Source of the DNA: Candidatus Nomurabacteria bacterium
GTDB lineage: Bacteria > Patescibacteriota > Minisyncoccia > Phycocordibacterales > UBA9973
Assembly (NCBI GenBank): GCA_943348755.1
Contig: CALQYS010000002.1
Span: 18,227 to 82,226 of the forward strand
DNA length: 64,000 bases
Direction: 5' to 3'
Within the stretch, counting starts at the first letter, position 1. Every line of letters begins with the position of its first letter. The position numbers and the translations under genes are program-made. Positions 1 through 9,524 of the stretch are shown here, in pieces. The notes under the pieces were generated by a model. It had not been told where the DNA came from. It did not search any database and saw nothing but the letters and a program-made list of their open reading frames with translations.

Positions 1-52
1 TTTCGTTGTATCCAGCCGACAGATTTTTTAATTCTAGCAATTTTTCTTTCAT
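1..52 (-). CDS. livF: Branched-chain amino acid ABC transporter ATPase, LivF-like; 5' part only, runs off the window
   Basis: Manual translation from ATG at 52 gives MKEKLLELKNLSAGYNE, a typical LivF N-terminus; lies directly after livG. Confidence 0.7.
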   Translation of the reverse strand, partial: MKEKLLELKNLSAGYNE

Positions 53-62
53 GGTTTTTATA

Positions 63-139
63 AAATATTTTTAAAATCAAACTTTACTGCGTTAGGTCAT
101 AAGGATAAGGCTCTTGTAAAGTTTATTTTAAAAATATTT
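63..139 (+). repeat. Dispersed fold-back element, copy A
   Basis: 24-bp inverted repeat (63-87/116-139, one bulged C at 78) around core TGCGTTAGGTCATAAGGATAAGGCTCTT; core recurs at 9812, 17350 and inverted at about 18385-18440. Confidence 0.9.
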
Positions 140-145
140 CGATAA

Positions 146-880
146 CTATTCCCCTAAATAAGCTTCTAAAACGATCTTTTCTGATAATACTTTTTCAGGA
201 TGTCCTTCGGCGAGTAATTTACCCGCATCCATAACAATTAAATGATCACATAGCTTGCGAATAATTGCCATATTGTGTTCGACCAACACGATGCTTTTTC
301 CTTCTTGCTTTAAATTTTGGATAATTTCCTCTATTTTTTTTACTGTCTCTGGAAAAAGTCCAGCAAATGGTTCATCGAAAAGAATTATTTCTGCATTCAT
401 GGCAAGTACACGCCCGATTTCAAGCAGTTTTCTCTGTCCATAGGAAAGGTCACTGGCACGGTGGGAAAGTTTTTCATGTAGACCAATTTTTCGCAGTATA
501 TCTTCTGCACATTTTAGGTGATACTGGGTGTGGCGTTCAAAAAGGGAATAAATCGGTGATCTTTCGGTCAAGACGACCAGGATGTTGTCGAGCACGGTCA
601 TTTGTTCAAAGAGGCGAATCTGTTGAAAGGTGCGAGTAATATTGTAAATCTGATTTTCCCATGACAGAATTTTATTTCTATTTACCCCAGAGAAGATTAT
701 CTCTCCGCTGTCGTGGGGGAAAAACCCAGAAAGTACATTGATAAGAGTAGTCTTGCCACTACCGTTCGGTCCGACAAGGCCAGTGATTTGTCCTTCGACA
801 ATATTAATCGAAAGATGGTCGATGGCATGCACTCCACCGAAACTTTTTACCAAATTTTTTGTTTGCAAAATATATTTCAT
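146..880 (-). CDS. livG: Branched-chain amino acid ABC transporter ATPase LivG
   Basis: Walker A GPNGSGKT, RTFQ, LSYGQRKLLE, FDEP, VEHNM, C-terminal AYLG. Confidence 0.9.
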   Translation of the reverse strand: MKYILQTKNLVKSFGGVHAIDHLSINIVEGQITGLVGPNGSGKTTLINVLSGFFPHDSGEIIFSGVNRNKILSWENQIYNITRTFQQIRLFEQMTVLDNILVVLTERSPIYSLFERHTQYHLKCAEDILRKIGLHEKLSHRASDLSYGQRKLLEIGRVLAMNAEIILFDEPFAGLFPETVKKIEEIIQNLKQEGKSIVLVEHNMAIIRKLCDHLIVMDAGKLLAEGHPEKVLSEKIVLEAYLGE

Positions 881-886
881 AACTTA

Positions 887-1753
887 TCACAATTTATATA
901 TACCCAAGATTCCTTTTGGTCGGTAAAGCATAAAGAAAACGAGTAACAATCCGTAAATACACTGACGCATAAGTCCGACCACTTCTGTCGGGAACCCCAC
1001 GAAACGAAGCATTTCCGGGATAATGATGAGAAGTAGTGCACCAAGCAATACTCCACGAGTTTGGCCCATTCCACCCACCACGATCATGGCCCATAACAGG
1101 ATAGATTCATTAACTGTGAATAAATTTGGATCGATAAAAGTAATATAACTGGCGAAAAGTACTCCGCCGAGCGCTGATAGAGCAGCGCCAATTGTAAAAA
1201 TCATTAATTTATATCTTGATGTCTGGTAACCAAATATTTTTAGAGCATCTTCATCCTCTCGGATGGCATTTAAGGCTCTTCCAAAGGAAGAACGTTTGAT
1301 CAATTCAGATACAATGGTGACGATAATAAGGAGAAACAAAGAAAGAAAAACAAAACTCAAAGGAGTACTAAAAATAAATCCGAAAATTTGTGGTTTAGGA
1401 ATTCCAGGGATGCCGTAAGACCCATTAGTAAGTATTTCCCAATTTTTTGTTACTGTGTTAAAAATCATCAAGAATCCGAGAGTCGCAAGCATAAAGTAAT
1501 CATCTCGAAAACGGGCAAAACTTGCTCCAATGACCAAAGCGATAAGTCCAGCGATAATCGGCGCGATAAATAAAGTAGTTATAATACTTAGTCCGAGCTT
1601 GGTAGCAAAAATTGCCGCTACGTATGCACCTATGCCATAAAAAGCTGCTCCCGAAATAGCAAGTAACCCAGCTTCACCCATTACTAGATTTTGAGCCAAG
1701 GCCAAAATGCCGTATATAGAGATGAGTATAATGATGTGGAAGATGTATTCCAT
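887..1753 (-). CDS. livM: Branched-chain amino acid ABC permease LivM
   Basis: Hydrophobic; AFYGIGAY, GRALNAIREDE, RPKGILG motifs. Confidence 0.9.
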   Translation of the reverse strand: MEYIFHIIILISIYGILALAQNLVMGEAGLLAISGAAFYGIGAYVAAIFATKLGLSIITTLFIAPIIAGLIALVIGASFARFRDDYFMLATLGFLMIFNTVTKNWEILTNGSYGIPGIPKPQIFGFIFSTPLSFVFLSLFLLIIVTIVSELIKRSSFGRALNAIREDEDALKIFGYQTSRYKLMIFTIGAALSALGGVLFASYITFIDPNLFTVNESILLWAMIVVGGMGQTRGVLLGALLLIIIPEMLRFVGFPTEVVGLMRQCIYGLLLVFFMLYRPKGILGIYKL

Positions 1754-1766
1754 GATTTCGTTTGCA

Positions 1767-2630
1767 CTATCTCTTTAAAATTCCAGCTGGTCGAACTAAA
1801 AGCATTACTATTAAAATAATAAACGGCACTGCTTGCACCCAACTTCCACCAAAGACGACAATGGTTAACTGTTGAGCTAGGGTTAAAACAAAGGCGCCCA
1901 AAACTCCTCCCCAAAAACTTTGCATACCACCGATGACGACTGCGACAATGGTCGGAAGCATATAAATAAGACCGGAAGCAGGGATAATCCCAACATTAAA
2001 GCCAAGCATGATTCCTCCCAAACCCGCGCAAACTCCAGATACAAAGAAAATCTTTTTCAAAGTTTTTTCTTTTGGAATTCCTACCAGTTCTGCTACCTCG
2101 ATATCGTCTTCTATCGCTCTGGTTGCTCGTCCGAAACGAGTTTTGGATCGAACATAAGCCAAAAGGGGTATTACTAAAAGAGAAGTTGCCACAATAACAG
2201 CCTCGACTATGTTTAAAGTTCCACCAAATATATCTATTACTCCGATATCACTCAAATGTCGCGCGATGATCGTCGGTTGGTTGCCAAAAATCATTCCCAA
2301 GATTGCCGAAGTTGCAGTCAAAAGTCCCAATGAGGCTATTAACAGCACCAAGTTTTTAGCTTTTCTATGAAAAAGTATTTTAAAAACAAATTGGTAAGTG
2401 AGAAGTAAATAAAAGCCAGCAGTCATGCCACTTATTACCAGAGAGGGAAGAAAAGAAATACTTAATGTACGGTAAAGCCAAAACATCGTATATCCTCCGA
2501 CCAAAAACGCTCCGCCATAAGCTAGGTTAAAGAACTTTACACTACGCAAGGTAAGCCCAAAACCAACAGAAAGTAGAGAAAAAAACATTCCGGAAGAAAC
2601 TATGTATAGAATTATCTGCCAAGATAGCAT
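1767..2630 (-). CDS. livH: Branched-chain amino acid ABC permease LivH
   Basis: FFNLAYG, GRATRA..DD.E.A.LVGI, VVIGGM, RPAGI motifs. Confidence 0.9.
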   Translation of the reverse strand: MLSWQIILYIVSSGMFFSLLSVGFGLTLRSVKFFNLAYGGAFLVGGYTMFWLYRTLSISFLPSLVISGMTAGFYLLLTYQFVFKILFHRKAKNLVLLIASLGLLTATSAILGMIFGNQPTIIARHLSDIGVIDIFGGTLNIVEAVIVATSLLVIPLLAYVRSKTRFGRATRAIEDDIEVAELVGIPKEKTLKKIFFVSGVCAGLGGIMLGFNVGIIPASGLIYMLPTIVAVVIGGMQSFWGGVLGAFVLTLAQQLTIVVFGGSWVQAVPFIILIVMLLVRPAGILKR

Positions 2631-2654
2631 GTTTATTATTATATACTATTCTTA

Positions 2655-2786
2655 AATTACAAAACTCGTCGCAGGCGCACTTTTTGAAGCGACTTTCGCA
2701 GGCTGGCGAGCCGAGAATGAGCAAAAAATCACCAGATTTTTATGCGACGGTTCAAAAAGTTGTGCCAAGAAAAGAGTTTTGTAATT
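2655..2786. repeat. Long multi-branched fold-back element between livK and livH
   Basis: AATTACAAAACTC/GAGTTTTGTAATT, GGCGC/GTGCC and ACTTTTTGAA/TTCAAAAAGT stems plus two inner hairpins. Confidence 0.75.
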
Positions 2787-2789
2787 CAA

Positions 2790-3914
2790 TTACTGTGTTA
2801 CTTCCGCAGCTTTTCCATTTTTGACTGCTTTCACTATATAAGCAGACGAAGTAGGATCTCCATTACTATCAAATTTTATTTCTTTAGCCGAAACTCCGCC
2901 AGTAAAGTTTGTTTGGTACAATGCATTTTTTATGGCCGTCGAATCAGATGAATTTGCCCGAGTCATAGCATCGGCGAGAATTTTAACTGCATCATATGCA
3001 TAGTTTGAACAATATACAAGATCATCTTTACCCAGTTTCTCTTTCATCGCTGTTTTAAAAGCTTCACTTGAGTTTGTTCCGACAACTGTGAACATCGCAC
3101 CATCGCCTAGGGTGCCGAGCTCATTCCAAATCTTTGTATCGTCCCAAGCATCTGATCCGAAGAACGTGCTTTTTATGCCCAGGTCATGCGCCTGTTTCAG
3201 AGCTGCGATAGCTGTGTCTGTGTAACTTGCTAGATAGACTGCATCCGGATTTTTTGCTTTTATTTTTGCCAATTGGGTTCTTAAATCTTTCGCATCCGCA
3301 TCAAATGAATCAGTCATAATAATTTTCCCCCCAGCTTTGGTGAAAGAATCAGTAAATGCTTTATTCAATCCATCACCCCAGTCATTCTTAATAGTTAATA
3401 AAGCAATTTTCGTTTTGTTATTTTTCATTAGATATTCGGCAGCGTATTTGGCTTGGAAGAGATCAGATGGGACATCGCGGAAAATATAATCTCCAGCCTG
3501 GCTGATCGTCGGATTCGTCGCACAGTAGGAAAGTTCGACAGTTTTTGCCGCTTCGGCGATTGGCGCTTCGCCAAGGGTCGCCCCAGAACAGACACTGCCT
3601 AAGACTGCTACTACTTTATCAGAGTTGATAAGTTTTGATATTGCGTTTGCTCCGCTTGCTCCGGTGCAAACATCATCTTCGTAGACTACTTCTAGTTTTT
3701 TCCCGAGTACGCCACCAGCTTTATTCACTTCATCGACTGAAATTGCCACTGCTGCCTGTGCATTCTCTCCAATGTTCGCCAGATCTCCAGTCAGGGGACC
3801 GACGAACCCTACTTTTATAGTATCTGAACTTCCGCTCTTAGACAGGGATGAGATACCCCAAACCACAAGAATGATTACAACCAACCACACCACCGTTTTT
3901 CCTATTTTAGTCAT
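2790..3914 (-). CDS. livK: Branched-chain amino acid ABC substrate-binding protein (LivK/LivJ family)
   Basis: N-terminal anchor; IKVG..GPLTGD, EVN..GGVLG, YEDD.C, AYDAV motifs. Confidence 0.9.
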   Translation of the reverse strand: MTKIGKTVVWLVVIILVVWGISSLSKSGSSDTIKVGFVGPLTGDLANIGENAQAAVAISVDEVNKAGGVLGKKLEVVYEDDVCTGASGANAISKLINSDKVVAVLGSVCSGATLGEAPIAEAAKTVELSYCATNPTISQAGDYIFRDVPSDLFQAKYAAEYLMKNNKTKIALLTIKNDWGDGLNKAFTDSFTKAGGKIIMTDSFDADAKDLRTQLAKIKAKNPDAVYLASYTDTAIAALKQAHDLGIKSTFFGSDAWDDTKIWNELGTLGDGAMFTVVGTNSSEAFKTAMKEKLGKDDLVYCSNYAYDAVKILADAMTRANSSDSTAIKNALYQTNFTGGVSAKEIKFDSNGDPTSSAYIVKAVKNGKAAEVTQ

Positions 3915-3953
3915 AAAAATATAACAAACTTAAATAATAATTTAGACCCCTTC

Positions 3954-3981
3954 AGTTTATCAAAAATATATCATTTGTCAA
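3954..3981 (-). promoter_or_regulatory. Putative sigma70 promoter of the liv operon
   Basis: Minus strand TTGACA (3981-3976), 16-nt spacer, TG-extended TAAACT (3959-3954). Confidence 0.5.
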
Positions 3982-4049
3982 ATATTTTAGTCAATATACA
4001 TGTTAATAAGTCTTTGTTTTGAAAGATTATTACCCATAAGTCTATTTTT

Positions 4050-4091
4050 TGTGGAAAACTATTGACACAAATATACCCCATGATATATACT
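4050..4091 (+). promoter_or_regulatory. Promoter of the TrmB-family gene with an adjacent DnaA-box-like site
   Basis: TTGACA 4062-4067, 18-nt spacer, TATACT 4086-4091, ATG 7 nt later; TGTGGAAAA at 4050-4058. Confidence 0.55.
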
Positions 4092-4098
4092 TACTTTT

Positions 4099-4905
4099 AT
4101 GATTCGTACAATTAAGTCAGAACACATAAAGCTTGAACAATCTCTGATAGAAATAGGCCTATCAAACAAAGAAGCAGGTGTTTACATTGCGCTACTTCTC
4201 TTGGGACATGGGACAGTCTCCCAGATATCTCGAAGCGCCAATATTAACCGCACCACTGGCTATGACATCCTGGATTCTCTCTTAGCCAAAGGATTAATCA
4301 GTATTTCCGGTAAAGAGCCAAAGCAAGAATATACTGCTGAGTCTCCAGAAAGCTTGGATAAATTTATATCAGGAGAAATCAGAAGAAAACATGAGATATT
4401 AGAGAAAACCAAAGAAATTATTCCAGAATTAAAATCAATTCACAATATAAAAGATCGGCCCAGAGTGTTTTTTTATGAGGGAAGAGAAGGACTTGAAAAA
4501 GTTTACGAAGACACCCTTACTTCAACTGAGACAATCCGAGCCTATGCCAACTTAGAATACATGAATATTGGATTACCGGGCTATTTTCCAGAATATTTTA
4601 AGAGGAGAGCAAGTCGAGGAATCTCAATCCGTGCAATTGGTCCAGAAACTGAAGATAATGTGGAATTAACCAAACGTGATATCGAGGAAAAACGCATCAC
4701 CGCCCTCGTGCCGAAAAATATTTTCGATATTTCTCCAGAAATAAATATTTATGATAACAAAGTTATGATTGCTTCTTGGAAAGAAAAACTTGGAATTATT
4801 ATCGAAAGCGAAGAAATAGCTGACAGCATGAAAAAAATATATGAATTAGCCTGGGCAGAGGCTAAGAGATTAGATAAGGAGCTGAAAAGTTCTAGTTCTC
4901 AATAG
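4099..4905 (+). CDS. TrmB-family transcriptional regulator
   Basis: N-terminal wHTH (GLS.KEA.VY.ALL..G..T...IS..ANI.RTT.YDIL..L..KGL); C-terminal YEG.EGL and INIYDNKV; divergent from the liv operon. Confidence 0.85.
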   Translation: MIRTIKSEHIKLEQSLIEIGLSNKEAGVYIALLLLGHGTVSQISRSANINRTTGYDILDSLLAKGLISISGKEPKQEYTAESPESLDKFISGEIRRKHEILEKTKEIIPELKSIHNIKDRPRVFFYEGREGLEKVYEDTLTSTETIRAYANLEYMNIGLPGYFPEYFKRRASRGISIRAIGPETEDNVELTKRDIEEKRITALVPKNIFDISPEINIYDNKVMIASWKEKLGIIIESEEIADSMKKIYELAWAEAKRLDKELKSSSSQ

Positions 4906-5527
4906 AAGGAATAAATATTTTAAATATTTTCTCGAAAAGTTTCGTACTGTAGGAAGAAAGGTTAAAAATAACTGCCAAAGTAAATAAAGTAAGTGAAAGT
5001 TTTACATTTATAAATGAAAGCGGTATCGCTATCAATGCAAAAACTACCGGGACAAGGGTGCGTACGGTACTGCCACGTATTTCATGTTGGCTTATTTCTG
5101 GATTTTTAATATGTTCAGAATAAATGACATATCCGCGCATCCAGTATAAGCAAAGACCGATCAATATTATATGTGTTCCAAACAATATAACTGAGAGCTC
5201 GTTTTCACTAAATTGTCCGAGTATGCTTGCTGAGAAGGGAACTAAACTGATGAGCATGAAGAATACTGCATTGATGTTGGTCAGCATTGAGTCCACATTT
5301 TTTGCGTAAACAGAAATGAAAAAGTGGTGCGCTCTCCAATAAGTAAAAAGTAGAGCAAAACTTAAAATATAACTGAGCAGGAGTGGTAATAATTTCTCGA
5401 TCTCATTCCAAAGACTTAAATTGTCTATCGGCCCCCATATTTCTGGGAGTTTTATTTGAAATACAAGCACTGTCATCACAATGGCAAAAATTCCGTCTGA
5501 AAGCTGATCTAGTCTTGAGTGGTTCAT
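4892..5527 (-). CDS. TMEM175/DUF1211-family potassium channel-like membrane protein
   Basis: RLDQLSDGIFAIVMTVLV signature, YW.AHH, LVPF. Confidence 0.85.
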   Translation of the reverse strand: MNHSRLDQLSDGIFAIVMTVLVFQIKLPEIWGPIDNLSLWNEIEKLLPLLLSYILSFALLFTYWRAHHFFISVYAKNVDSMLTNINAVFFMLISLVPFSASILGQFSENELSVILFGTHIILIGLCLYWMRGYVIYSEHIKNPEISQHEIRGSTVRTLVPVVFALIAIPLSFINVKLSLTLFTLAVIFNLSSYSTKLFEKIFKIFIPSIEN

Positions 5528-5574
5528 ACTTAGAATAATAACATAGTATAAAACTTTTTGAAAATATATTCTCC

Positions 5575-6369
5575 TTAATTAATTTCAATCAAAACAGGGC
5601 AGTGGTCTGAGCCCATGACTGCGGGGAGAATTTCCGCTTTTTTTACTTTTTTGGCTAGTTTGGGGCTGACGAAGATATAGTCTATCCTCCAGCCGATGTT
5701 CCGCGCTCGGGCGTTTGCAAAATGGCTCCACCAGGTGTAGTGCCCATTCCCTTTATTGAAAATTCTGAAAGTATCTACAAACCCTGAGTCAATTATATTT
5801 TGTATTCCTTCGCGTTCTTCATTTGTAAACCCTTTTTTGCCTATGTTTTCTTTTGGACGAGCTAGGTCATCTTCGGTGTGAGCGACATTCAAGTCTCCGC
5901 AGAAGATTACTGGTTTATTTTTCTCCAGTTCTTGCATGTATGCGAGAAATGCTGGGTCCCAATGTTTATGGCGGAGCGGAATTCGAGAGAGATCATCTTT
6001 CGCATTCGGTGTGTAGACACTCACAACGTAAAAATCTTTAAATTCGAGCGTGGTCACACGACCTTCAGTCCGTGGGTCGCCATATGCATCTGCCACAAGT
6101 CCAAATTTCTTTGAGATTTTTTCTGGGAAACCAAGTGTGATGGATAGGGGTTTTATTTTAGTAAATATGGCTGTGCCTGAGTAACCCTTTTTCTCCGCCG
6201 AGTTCCAATATTCTTCGTATTCAGGCAAATCTACCTCGCTTTGATTCTGCTGTGCCTTGGTTTCTTGCAGGCAAAGTATGTCCGGCTTGTATTTTTCAAT
6301 AAAAGGCACAAAGAGTCCCTTTTTATGCACTGCTCGTATTCCGTTTACGTTCCAAGATATTATTTTCAT
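5575..6369 (-). CDS. xth: Exodeoxyribonuclease III
   Basis: SWNVNGIRA, LQETK, GDLNVAH, GWRIDY, SDHCP. Confidence 0.95.
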   Translation of the reverse strand: MKIISWNVNGIRAVHKKGLFVPFIEKYKPDILCLQETKAQQNQSEVDLPEYEEYWNSAEKKGYSGTAIFTKIKPLSITLGFPEKISKKFGLVADAYGDPRTEGRVTTLEFKDFYVVSVYTPNAKDDLSRIPLRHKHWDPAFLAYMQELEKNKPVIFCGDLNVAHTEDDLARPKENIGKKGFTNEEREGIQNIIDSGFVDTFRIFNKGNGHYTWWSHFANARARNIGWRIDYIFVSPKLAKKVKKAEILPAVMGSDHCPVLIEIN

Positions 6370-6370
6370 G

Positions 6371-7321
6371 TTAGCTCCTATTATGAAACTTTTTATGTAT
6401 ATCTCGCAAGTGTTTGTCTGTCACATGCGTGTACATCTGTGTGGTGCCTATGTTTGCATGTCCGAGCATGGCTTGGACAGAGCGAATGTCGGCGCCATTG
6501 CTAAGCAAGTCAGTGGCGAAGACATGTCGGATGACGTGCGGGGTAACTTTCTTTGAGATGCCGGCGATGGTGGCATATCGTTTCACAACTCTTTCTATCG
6601 ATCTTTTGGTGAGCCCCTCTTCTTGCTCAGAGTCTTTTGGAATTTTATTATTTTTTGATTTAAATTTTTCTTCTTCTATTTTTACAAAAAGAGCATCAGA
6701 CATATCCTTTCTGAGAGCTAGATAATCCCTTACTGCTTTTTTTGCCTCATCGGACAGAAAAACAACTCGCACCTTACCACCTTTCCCTCGGACAGAGAAT
6801 TCGTCTAGATGTAAATCCAGGTCATTTTTTAAGGAACAAAGTTCAGCAACACGTAAGCCAGTAGAGAAAAGCATTTCCAATATTGCCTTGTCCCGAGCTC
6901 TTCTTTCCGGATTTTTCTCTTTATTGGGAGCGTCAAGTAGTCTTTTCAATTCTTCTGTAGAGATAATATCTATTTGTCTTTCACCGACTTTTGCGAGTTC
7001 TATGTGGTCAGAGGGAAGGGAGGTAATGTTTCTTCTTGTTAAAAATTTAAGAAATGATCGGAGGGCGATTAAATAAAAATTTTGCGTTTTCTTTTTCATG
7101 GTTTCACCACTAGCCCGATTTTTACCGGTAGTTTGGCGATTGAGCCAAATACGAAAATCCCGCACTTTTTCATCCGTTATATCTTTTGGGTCAGAGATTT
7201 TGGTTTGGTTTATGAAAACAGTAAGATAGTGGTCATAATTTTCCACTGTTCGAATCGCTCGTCCTCTTTCGATTTCGATATATTCCAAGAATTGGGTTTT
7301 GAGCTCTTTTAGGGATGCCAT
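6371..7321 (-). CDS. Tyrosine recombinase, XerC/XerD family
   Basis: STGLRVAEL, GKGGK.R, HVIRH.FAT, LGHA...TTQMYTHV catalytic motifs. Confidence 0.9.
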   Translation of the reverse strand: MASLKELKTQFLEYIEIERGRAIRTVENYDHYLTVFINQTKISDPKDITDEKVRDFRIWLNRQTTGKNRASGETMKKKTQNFYLIALRSFLKFLTRRNITSLPSDHIELAKVGERQIDIISTEELKRLLDAPNKEKNPERRARDKAILEMLFSTGLRVAELCSLKNDLDLHLDEFSVRGKGGKVRVVFLSDEAKKAVRDYLALRKDMSDALFVKIEEEKFKSKNNKIPKDSEQEEGLTKRSIERVVKRYATIAGISKKVTPHVIRHVFATDLLSNGADIRSVQAMLGHANIGTTQMYTHVTDKHLRDIHKKFHNRS

Positions 7322-7352
7322 GTCTCTATTCTACCATGTCGCACAATATTTT

Positions 7353-8231
7353 TTACAGTAAATGAGATGAAAGAAACGACACAATTTCCTCCGATGTTTT
7401 CCTGGGCATTTCAAAATGAATCCAATGATGAGCATTTAATACAAGACTGCGGGTCTTTGGCGCGTGATCTGTTGGTGGGCAGGTTAAATGAGCGGACACA
7501 TAGTGGTCTTTGGCACCCGCAAAAACTAATGTGGGTATGTTAATTTTTTTCAAAGCCTCTGATTTTTTTGTTTTCTTAAAAAAACTTCCCATCCATGCTC
7601 GATAATACGAAAGAGGCGGTCGTATTGAGCAAGTGCGTGTACGTTCTGAACGTTCTATCGCCGCTTTTGCTTCGGGTGTTTTGCCTAAATCCTTTGTTAA
7701 TAGAAAATTGGTAATATATTTGCCGAAAAGTCGGGAAATAATTTCTGGTAGAAAAGGTATTTGGAAAAAGTAAATGTACCAACTTTTAAAAAACTGTTGC
7801 CGAGAGAAAAATGCCTTCGGAAAGTAATCTGGGTAGGGAGCGTTGATGGTCACTAATGCGCTTGTGAGTTCTGGATAATATTCGGCGCATTTCCAACCAA
7901 TCATCCCACCCCAATCATGCCCGATTAATACTGCTTTCTGTCCCTTTTGTAAAAAATTTAAAAGTACAGCCGCTACATCAGTCGCCAAAACTTCCAGTTT
8001 ATATTTTTCGACACCTTTCGGCTTATCTGATTTGCCGTATCCTCGCAAATCCATCGTTACAAAAAGATATTTTTTTACATTTTCTCCTAAGGTCTTTTTC
8101 AAAATAGGTAGTAAGGCATCCCAGGTTTCTTTAGTTTCTGGGAATCCATGGAGAAAAAGAATAGGGACACCGTGACCTTCATAGTTTACCGAAAGAGATA
8201 TCTCACCATTTTTTACAAAGATATGCTCCAT
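7353..8231 (-). CDS. Alpha/beta hydrolase, epoxide hydrolase-like
   Basis: LHGFPE, DLRGYG.SDKP, GHDWGG nucleophile motif. Confidence 0.85.
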   Translation of the reverse strand: MEHIFVKNGEISLSVNYEGHGVPILFLHGFPETKETWDALLPILKKTLGENVKKYLFVTMDLRGYGKSDKPKGVEKYKLEVLATDVAAVLLNFLQKGQKAVLIGHDWGGMIGWKCAEYYPELTSALVTINAPYPDYFPKAFFSRQQFFKSWYIYFFQIPFLPEIISRLFGKYITNFLLTKDLGKTPEAKAAIERSERTRTCSIRPPLSYYRAWMGSFFKKTKKSEALKKINIPTLVFAGAKDHYVSAHLTCPPTDHAPKTRSLVLNAHHWIHFEMPRKTSEEIVSFLSSHLL

Positions 8232-8241
8232 GATTTATATA

Positions 8242-9384
8242 CTAGGGTTTTACTCGAATCATGTGTTTTACGACTTTTCTATATGATGGTCCGACTACGC
8301 GAGCAATCATCGATGGTTTAAGTAAGGCAAATACTCCCTTTGCCGCGATGGCTTTATGGATAAAGGCAGAACAGGCTTTTAGCATAGCTATTCTCTTATA
8401 ACGACGTTTCCAGTATGCAAAAAGTGCTTGATCAATTGAGTCATTTTGGGCAATTTCTTCAGCCAAGACATAAGCATCTTCCATGGCCGTCGATGCTCCC
8501 ATGCCGAGAATTGGAGAGAGTGCGTGCACTGCATCACCCAAGAGCACTATTCTATTTTTATACCATAAACCATGTTTCACTTCGTCATCGTCGTGATGAA
8601 ATATTTCAGCGCTGTTGTTTGGGAAATGTTTTAGTATTTCATCAATCACCGGGTTTTTACCTTTGAAGTCCTTCTCGATTTCTTTTAGGGCCATTTGAGG
8701 GTCAGTGTATGAGTGTTCTCTTGCCGAGACTCCAAAAAAGGCTGCGGTAGCATGTTCGGGTTTTTTACTTGGGAAAATACTAAAGAATTTTTTCCGGCCA
8801 ATATACTGCACTACTTCATCCGGCACTCCTTCTGGTCTTGGCATCCACACCAGCCAGAAAGTGAGGCCCGTATAAGCTGGTTCGATCTTTGGGGCAATTT
8901 CTTTACGTATACTGGAACCAATGCCGTCTGCTGCCACAACCAAATCATACCGATCTTTCGTACCATCGCTCAATACTACATCTACCCCGAGAACATCTTC
9001 AGTGAAATGTGCAAGAGTCGTATTCATACGTATATCAGTATCTTTATTTAGATCAACCAAAGTAAAGTGCAAAGTAGATCTTTCAGTTTCAATTGCCGGC
9101 AAATCAGATCCTAATTCAGAAAAGGGGAACCCCCACATATCATGATCCTGTATATTTCTGATCGTATAGTGGTTTAGTATTTTGCCTTTTTCAATCAGGG
9201 TTTGATGTACTCCCAGATACCTCAAAATTGAAAGACCATTTGGAAAAAGACCGAGTACATAGCCAATCGTTTTCCACTCGGGGCATTTTTCAATCACCGT
9301 TGCTTGGATACCCCTCTTCTTTAAACAAGCAGCGAGAGTCAAACCGCCAATTCCACCACCGACTATAAGTATCTTTTTTGACAT
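8242..9384 (-). CDS. FAD-dependent monooxygenase
   Basis: GGGIGGL Rossmann motif, ADGIGS, LLGDA.H...P..G.GAS.AMEDA. Confidence 0.9.
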   Translation of the reverse strand: MSKKILIVGGGIGGLTLAACLKKRGIQATVIEKCPEWKTIGYVLGLFPNGLSILRYLGVHQTLIEKGKILNHYTIRNIQDHDMWGFPFSELGSDLPAIETERSTLHFTLVDLNKDTDIRMNTTLAHFTEDVLGVDVVLSDGTKDRYDLVVAADGIGSSIRKEIAPKIEPAYTGLTFWLVWMPRPEGVPDEVVQYIGRKKFFSIFPSKKPEHATAAFFGVSAREHSYTDPQMALKEIEKDFKGKNPVIDEILKHFPNNSAEIFHHDDDEVKHGLWYKNRIVLLGDAVHALSPILGMGASTAMEDAYVLAEEIAQNDSIDQALFAYWKRRYKRIAMLKACSAFIHKAIAAKGVFALLKPSMIARVVGPSYRKVVKHMIRVKP

Positions 9385-9524
9385 TTAATCTTTATTAACT
9401 ATTAACTGTTATGCAATTCTAGCCATTATATCAAAATAATCCAAATAATAAGAGCTCAAAAGTCACCAAGACGTACAAAACCCAATACTTGCGCAAAAAT
9501 ACTTTTTATGCTAATATGAAGCCC

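Noticed and set aside
6371-7321. Tyrosine recombinase as a prophage or integron integrase
   Set aside because: It looks like a housekeeping XerC/D next to xth; no phage genes, att repeats or evident IntI-specific insertion are seen.
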